Origin: a virus
Lineage: Duplodnaviria; Caudoviricetes
IMG/VR virus record: IMGVR_UViG_2852743531_000003
Location: 64,001 to 128,000 of that record
Length of the DNA stretch: 64,000 nt
Strand: one strand, 5' to 3'
Shown here: positions 58,816 to 64,000 of the stretch, piece after piece
Layout of the letters: each line of letters begins with the position of its first letter
How positions within the stretch are numbered: position 1 is the first letter of the stretch
Notes under the pieces: generated by a model
What the model was told of the DNA's origin: nothing
Databases searched by the model: none
Seen by the model: only the letters and a program-made list of their open reading frames with translations
Translations under genes and position numbers: made by a program

Positions 58816-60381
58816 TTGAAACTGCGAATCAGCAGAATCGGCCTGACTGACAACAATCTCACCGAGGTTGCACTGGAGCATGGTGGAGAGAGTCTCGAAT
58901 GGAATATTTCTGAATTCAAGAACATCGTCAGGAATCTCGACTACGACGTTTTTGACCAGATCAACCAGTACTGGGCGAGGATGCCACCGGAGCGGCAGGA
59001 CGAAGCTTACGCGGTATATGCGGAGATCCGTGATGTGTTCCGGGAGTGCTACGAAACACATGCCCTGACGCGCAGGCTGCATGCTCCGGTTGCCCGACTC
59101 TGCGAGTTGCATCCACTCGAAGATATCCGGCACTGGATTGCGTTTTACAGCAATCTTCGCTGCCCGGACGATGTGAAGGACGAGTTCGTGCCGTACGAGA
59201 TGCCCGGCACGCGTGACGGTACCTATGTACGCGAGGAATATGAATGGCTCGTCGCTCTGTCGATTGCGCTGCGGGTGATCTTTCCCGTGTGGGGCGAATT
59301 CATCGCGCGCATCCGTGCCGAGGTGCCGACCGGCTGGAAGGAGTTCTACGCCTGGCAGCTACTCGCAGCTACCGGCCTCGGTCAGAGCCCCCCGATGGAG
59401 CGTCTGCGCGGTTACGTGGAGTACTGGTCGCGTGTCGGCGCGGGACGGCACGATGTCGAGAAGTCCGCGCACGTCTTCAGGGGCATCAGTACCGAAGACT
59501 ATCCGACGCTGCTCACGGCACTTGTGCTGGTGCGCAAACTCACCATTGCCGATGTGCGAGGGCTCGACACGTCGTCGAACCTCGTCTCCTGCGTATTCAC
59601 CTTCATCAGGCACAAGACACGGCCCGGTTCGGAAGGAGGCTTTAACGCGATCATCAAGGAGAAGAAAGAAACCGAAACGTATGGTCAGGATATCGAGAAC
59701 CAGCAGTCGCGACTCGAGGCATGCAAGGAGAAGATGCCGGTCGCCGACGGCAAGATTGCGCCCATCAGGTATTACGCGCGCGACATGCGCCACATCGCGC
59801 GGCAGATTGCACCAGACATGCCAGCCGATTGCCTGGAGATGTCGTTCGAGTCCGTGAAGGTGCTCGAGCACGTCAGGGAGCGCAAGGTCCAGATGACCCT
59901 GACCATGTATGTCCTGCAGTACCGCAAGCAGTTGCAACCCCGCGCCCTCTTCCATTTGCCGCGCGCCTCGATCCTGCAGGCGTTCGCCGTCGCCCAGGCC
60001 GTGTACTGGCACAAGGGCTATCGCGAGCTGGCCGCGCTCGTGAGTGCGCTCCCGGTATCCGATGCCGACGTCATGTATCTCGGCAGCCTCGAGGCACGCT
60101 CAAAAATTCCGGCCGCCATGATCGCGGAACTGGAACGATGGTTTCCCTACCGGCGCATGCCGGGCGGCAAATCGAAAACAGCGCGTGTACCGACCTGTGC
60201 CGAGCTGGCGATTGATGACGTGGTCAGGCAGCTCGGCGAAACCGGCTGGCGCCTGACCCTTCCCCCCGAATGGGTGGCCGAGCTCACCCGCAATCCACGC
60301 GAACGGCATTACGCGGTGCCCGGCAACATCCGGATCAAACTCGCGCAACTCAGCATTGCGCTTGCATCAAGGAGCTTTTAA
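58816..60381 (+). CDS. nvRNAP promoter-specificity (sigma-like) subunit, phiKZ gp68-like
   Basis: 521 aa, TTG start with GGAG RBS; size and position; VFDQINQYW and PVWGEFI segments. Confidence 0.7.
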   Translation: MKLRISRIGLTDNNLTEVALEHGGESLEWNISEFKNIVRNLDYDVFDQINQYWARMPPERQDEAYAVYAEIRDVFRECYETHALTRRLHAPVARLCELHPLEDIRHWIAFYSNLRCPDDVKDEFVPYEMPGTRDGTYVREEYEWLVALSIALRVIFPVWGEFIARIRAEVPTGWKEFYAWQLLAATGLGQSPPMERLRGYVEYWSRVGAGRHDVEKSAHVFRGISTEDYPTLLTALVLVRKLTIADVRGLDTSSNLVSCVFTFIRHKTRPGSEGGFNAIIKEKKETETYGQDIENQQSRLEACKEKMPVADGKIAPIRYYARDMRHIARQIAPDMPADCLEMSFESVKVLEHVRERKVQMTLTMYVLQYRKQLQPRALFHLPRASILQAFAVAQAVYWHKGYRELAALVSALPVSDADVMYLGSLEARSKIPAAMIAELERWFPYRRMPGGKSKTARVPTCAELAIDDVVRQLGETGWRLTLPPEWVAELTRNPRERHYAVPGNIRIKLAQLSIALASRSF

Positions 60382-61875
60382 GTGATGGACATCCCAACCC
60401 GCATCGTCGTCCGGCGGCTGATCATCAGCCCGACGGGCACCTACAACACCCAGTACATGCGCCCCTACGACAACACGCTCCAGGGGCCGGGTCTCAATGC
60501 CATATGCGAAACGCTCTGCGGTGAGAACCGTTATACGCCGGCACGTCTTGCCGGCATCGCCAACCAGATCGTGTCGCCCGCAGCGACGCCCGAAAAGGCT
60601 ATCGGCATCGTCAATGGCTGGGACGCCACACGCTGCCGGTATTTCATGGAAGTGGAATCACACAGCATGGGAGGCGCTGTGTCTGTCGTCAAGGTGCTCG
60701 GCTGGACCAACTACATGGGGATCGTCAACACGGGCAGCTGCCATATCGATCCCAACATGGAGTTCTATGTGAATTCCGTGGTCCAGGTTCGCGAATATAT
60801 CGAGACCACCCCACTGGGCAACCAGCCTCATACCAACGTCGCGGAGAATGCGCACGTGCTGGTCGATCCGACGTACTTCGATGCGTATGTCAAAGAGAAG
60901 ACGATGAGCATGCGGCCCGAGGACATGTACGCAACGATGAGTCTGAACCATCTGCACAACATGGGCGACACGCTCGACACACGCACGACACTGACGCGCG
61001 TACCGGTTGCGTCGACCCGGAGCAATTCCATTGCGGCGTTTTACGCGGCCGCAGTGCTCGACAACTACAAGAAGGCGGCGGACAGCAACAACTTTGGCCT
61101 CCAGCCGGAAACCGAGGTACTCGATTCGGCACGCGGTTACGCGCAGGACAGCGTCCTGGCGCTCAACCCGTTTTTCCGCGCGATGCAGGAGTATCGTGAG
61201 GGCATGCTCACGAACTTCTTTACCTGGAGTGACCTGTGCCGGCTCGACCCGGATGTGGTCCACAAGGTCAAGGCACTGGAACTGCCGGCCAGCACCCGTG
61301 TGCATCGCGTGGGTAGCGGCATGTCCCAGGACTGGGGGGGATCCGACCGGCTCACGCAGGTGGCGACGATCCTGGCCCAGTCCGTGCTAGCCCTGATGTC
61401 CGTGTACACACTGACCCGATTCGCCTTTACCGCTACCAATCGCCAGGTGTTTTCATCGAATGCGCCCAGCGGCGTGGACGGGCACTCCTCCATCACGTTC
61501 ATTCCGGGTGATGCAGAGAGTTTTTCGAGGCGCGATCTCTCGCCTTTCATCGAGCAGTTCAGGATCAACCTGGAGCACATGATCCTGAAGGACGTGTCGC
61601 ACAACAACCAGATCGACTTCTGGCTGGAGATGAGAATCAATCTGCTGGGCGAGACGTGGATAGATATCTCGCTCGACGGCGGCCCTGTCATCACTTATGT
61701 GTCACCCAGCTTCGCCGATGCATTAATGGTGCCGGTCGTGACGACCCAGACCCATCTGGGCCAGCGGCTTGCCGGGGACTTCCACGAAATCTGCACGACC
61801 ATCGCCAACTACGACGGCATGACCAGCACCCAGCCGGCAGCCATGCCCCAGAAGCCACGCTACGGGCTCATCTGA
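60382..61875 (+). CDS. picA: Probable phage-nucleus protein import factor PicA/Imp1 (phiKZ gp69-like)
   Basis: 497 aa directly after the gp68-like gene; RPY, IVNGW..R..F and MRPED segments; called mainly on gene order. Confidence 0.65.
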   Translation: MMDIPTRIVVRRLIISPTGTYNTQYMRPYDNTLQGPGLNAICETLCGENRYTPARLAGIANQIVSPAATPEKAIGIVNGWDATRCRYFMEVESHSMGGAVSVVKVLGWTNYMGIVNTGSCHIDPNMEFYVNSVVQVREYIETTPLGNQPHTNVAENAHVLVDPTYFDAYVKEKTMSMRPEDMYATMSLNHLHNMGDTLDTRTTLTRVPVASTRSNSIAAFYAAAVLDNYKKAADSNNFGLQPETEVLDSARGYAQDSVLALNPFFRAMQEYREGMLTNFFTWSDLCRLDPDVVHKVKALELPASTRVHRVGSGMSQDWGGSDRLTQVATILAQSVLALMSVYTLTRFAFTATNRQVFSSNAPSGVDGHSSITFIPGDAESFSRRDLSPFIEQFRINLEHMILKDVSHNNQIDFWLEMRINLLGETWIDISLDGGPVITYVSPSFADALMVPVVTTQTHLGQRLAGDFHEICTTIANYDGMTSTQPAAMPQKPRYGLI

Positions 61876-61948
61876 ATCCGGCCTGATCCCAAACCAGAAA
61901 CCTGACACTCACAGAGCGGGAGCGCGAGAAGCGCTCCCGATTCAATCC

Positions 61949-63316
61949 ATGACACCAACCCTGCTCGAAGTCTATCGACAACTGCTGAAAACGGCGAATC
62001 TCACCGTCACCGCCGACAACATGATTTCCGGAACCATCCTCGCAGAAACGGAACCTGTTCTCGTCGAGGGAAAGCGGCTTGTGCTGCCCACCCCCGAATT
62101 TCAGGCGATGGACAAATCGGAGATCGTGCTCTTTCACCCGCTGAGCGAAATGATTACCCGGGGCAAATCTCCGGTACTGGAGAAGTTTCGTTCCCTGCTG
62201 ATCTACCGTTTCAACGAAGTCGCAAGCGGTCATATCGTCAAGCTGCTGCGTATCGCGGTGGAGAAAGAGAATCACAAACACCTCACGCCAGACCAGTCAG
62301 AATTCCTTTCGCTCGTCAAGCACGCCGACCAGAGCACGCGGGATCTCGCCAGCAAGGTTCTCGATGCCATGGAAGTGGGTCAGACCGCGCGCCAGATTGT
62401 CACCCTCTTCCTGAAGAAGACCGGTCTGGTTGCAGGCAAGAGTCACAAGCGCGTGGGCGTCGTGAGCTTTCCGCTATATGAGGAGCTGAAAAAGCCGGAG
62501 CATGACATCTGGGGGATCAAGTGCCGGGTGAAGGACAAGGAGACCCTCGCCGCGCTGCTGGAGTTCATCTTCCCCCGGATCGGCGAAGCGCAGGCGTACG
62601 ATCGCGGCACGGACTCCGATATCGCACCCAACCTTCACGCGCTGATGCAGGCATCGCTTGGCATTATCCAGGCGCTCAACGACATCACCGAAAAGTTCGA
62701 GAGCCAGATCAGCACGCCCGAAGTCCCGGCGAGTGTTCATCTGATCGACGCCGACTGGCAGGAAACGTTCATGAATCTCGGGATGATGCAGGCGCAGATC
62801 TGGCGCGTTCCGCCGCAGGCAGGCAACGAGGGTGTCCCCTGGGACGAACCGGAGCCAGCTGCGTCCACCACGCAGGCGCCACAGCCGGCGGATCATGCGC
62901 CTCGCCCGGTAGCCGCATCCGCACCCGGCGTACATGTTCCGCCGGCACGTGTGTCGCTTGACGAAGTGATGGCGCGCGGGGCATCTGCTGCACAGTCTCA
63001 GGCGCAGCCCCAGCCCCAGCCCCAGCCACCGCAGTCTGATCTGCGCTATACCGACCGGGGCCTCGACTTCAGTTCCGTCATCCGTAGCAATCCCGCACTG
63101 GCCAGCGTCGAGCCGTTCGCACCGGTTCAGCCGCCACCACCGCCGCAAACGTCGGAATGGGCCCAGCGCGCCACGCTCGCGCTTAACCGTCAGTCGGTCT
63201 ACCCGGGCAACTATCCCAGCAATTACCCGGGCACCTACCCTGCTGCCTGGCCCGGCAACCCCACCGGCCCGGGTCCATACGGCGGAGCGCCAGGCACAAG
63301 GCGCGGACTGATCTGA
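61949..63316 (+). CDS. Conserved chimallivirus protein with Pro/Gln-rich disordered C-terminus (gp70-like)
   Basis: 455 aa; GKRLVLPT..FHPLSE..RGKS.V segment; tail with QP and YPxN repeats. Confidence 0.75.
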   Translation: MTPTLLEVYRQLLKTANLTVTADNMISGTILAETEPVLVEGKRLVLPTPEFQAMDKSEIVLFHPLSEMITRGKSPVLEKFRSLLIYRFNEVASGHIVKLLRIAVEKENHKHLTPDQSEFLSLVKHADQSTRDLASKVLDAMEVGQTARQIVTLFLKKTGLVAGKSHKRVGVVSFPLYEELKKPEHDIWGIKCRVKDKETLAALLEFIFPRIGEAQAYDRGTDSDIAPNLHALMQASLGIIQALNDITEKFESQISTPEVPASVHLIDADWQETFMNLGMMQAQIWRVPPQAGNEGVPWDEPEPAASTTQAPQPADHAPRPVAASAPGVHVPPARVSLDEVMARGASAAQSQAQPQPQPQPPQSDLRYTDRGLDFSSVIRSNPALASVEPFAPVQPPPPPQTSEWAQRATLALNRQSVYPGNYPSNYPGTYPAAWPGNPTGPGPYGGAPGTRRGLI

Positions 63317-63389
63317 GTCCGTAACGAGGATGGAGAGGGGAGCCCTTTCTCCATTTCTCCCTTGGAAGGATCTTTACGAAGGATAGCTA

Positions 63390-63638
63390 ATGATAAAAAT
63401 GCTGGATCGTGCCCAGGCTGAAGCCGCCTTCTCAGCCATGGTCGCGATGAACAACGTCTGCGGCACCGTTCACGTCCGCATGGGACTCAAGGATGACGGC
63501 CACCTGCATGTTGCCGAGCACAGGGATGGCCGCGTTCACGTGTACATCCGGGGATCGACCAGCCGCTACCGCGTAGGTACCTCTGAATGCTACACAAGCC
63601 AGAACGCCTTCGCGAAAGCCTACGGCCTTGAGGACTGA
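63390..63638 (+). CDS. Hypothetical protein
   Basis: 82 aa, AAGGA RBS. Confidence 0.7.
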   Translation: MIKMLDRAQAEAAFSAMVAMNNVCGTVHVRMGLKDDGHLHVAEHRDGRVHVYIRGSTSRYRVGTSECYTSQNAFAKAYGLED

Positions 63639-63684
63639 CCCCCTCCTCTTCCCAACAGCTTCATTTAACGAACAGGAACACAAG

Positions 63685-63942
63685 ATGAATGTAAGGCAAT
63701 CCGACCCACGACTGACCCATTTCATCGTCGTGGACGGCGGCGAGTGGGGAAAGGGCACGACACTTCTGGCGGCAGCGAGTGCACGTCCGTACTCGAAGGA
63801 CAGACCCATAGGTCGTGCGGCACAGGCCTGGCGCGTTTGCGCGGACGCGCACATTACCGACGAAGGCCAGATCGCGTATCCCACGGGTCAGGCACGTCCC
63901 CTTCGTGTCGATGTCAGGACTGGAGAACCGGTCCCGGAATAA
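63685..63942 (+). CDS. Hypothetical protein
   Basis: 85 aa, AGGA RBS. Confidence 0.6.
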   Translation: MNVRQSDPRLTHFIVVDGGEWGKGTTLLAAASARPYSKDRPIGRAAQAWRVCADAHITDEGQIAYPTGQARPLRVDVRTGEPVPE

Positions 63943-64000
63943 GGAAGTCTGGCAGCCTCAGCCCCCTCTGCCAGGAGGGGGCGAGATGGACTAACCGCTC

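Larger units (their letters stand above)
1..64000. mobile_element. phiKZ-like nucleus-forming jumbo phage (chimallivirus) genome segment with bacterial cargo; extends beyond both window edges
   Basis: Chimallin, PhuZ, two phage multisubunit RNAP subunits, phiKZ-type terminase, sheath, tube, protease and DNA polymerase occur together in phiKZ-like gene blocks. Confidence 0.93.

Noticed and set aside
1-64000. CRISPR array, rRNA, integrase/transposase, repA/parAB
   Set aside because: No regularly spaced repeats or recognisable motifs were found by eye. The resident lifestyle is therefore inferred, not shown.

Overview
The window is an apparently intact ~64 kb segment of a phiKZ-like, nucleus-forming jumbo phage (chimallivirus) genome with GC-rich codon usage. 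Recognisable core genes are a virion RNAP beta-like subunit, prohead protease, tail tube and sheath, three further structural genes, large terminase, PhuZ tubulin, a family-B DNA polymerase subunit, chimallin (ChmA), an nvRNAP beta'-like subunit (NADFDGD) and an SbcD/Mre11 nuclease. Downstream are probable ChmC, gp68-like sigma-type and PicA/Imp1 genes. Bacterial cargo resembling Burkholderiaceae genes is inserted between core genes: a GntR/IlvD-family dehydratase/FAD oxidoreductase/MFS catabolic cassette ending at a degenerate tRNA-Gly, a T6SS VgrG-effector-immunity module, a SET-domain methyltransferase and small accessory genes. At least two cargo units have sigma70-type promoters. This suggests a chimallivirus maintained inside a bacterium as a prophage or phage-plasmid, although no integrase, rep or par gene lies in this window. 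Three recurrent cis-motifs are visible: TATATCAC (early-promoter-like), AAAT..TATG (late-promoter-like) and hairpin+CTATGCCGTC at late-operon 3' ends. All assignments, including phiKZ gp numbers, come from motif recognition, recalled sequences and gene order. No database searches were run.
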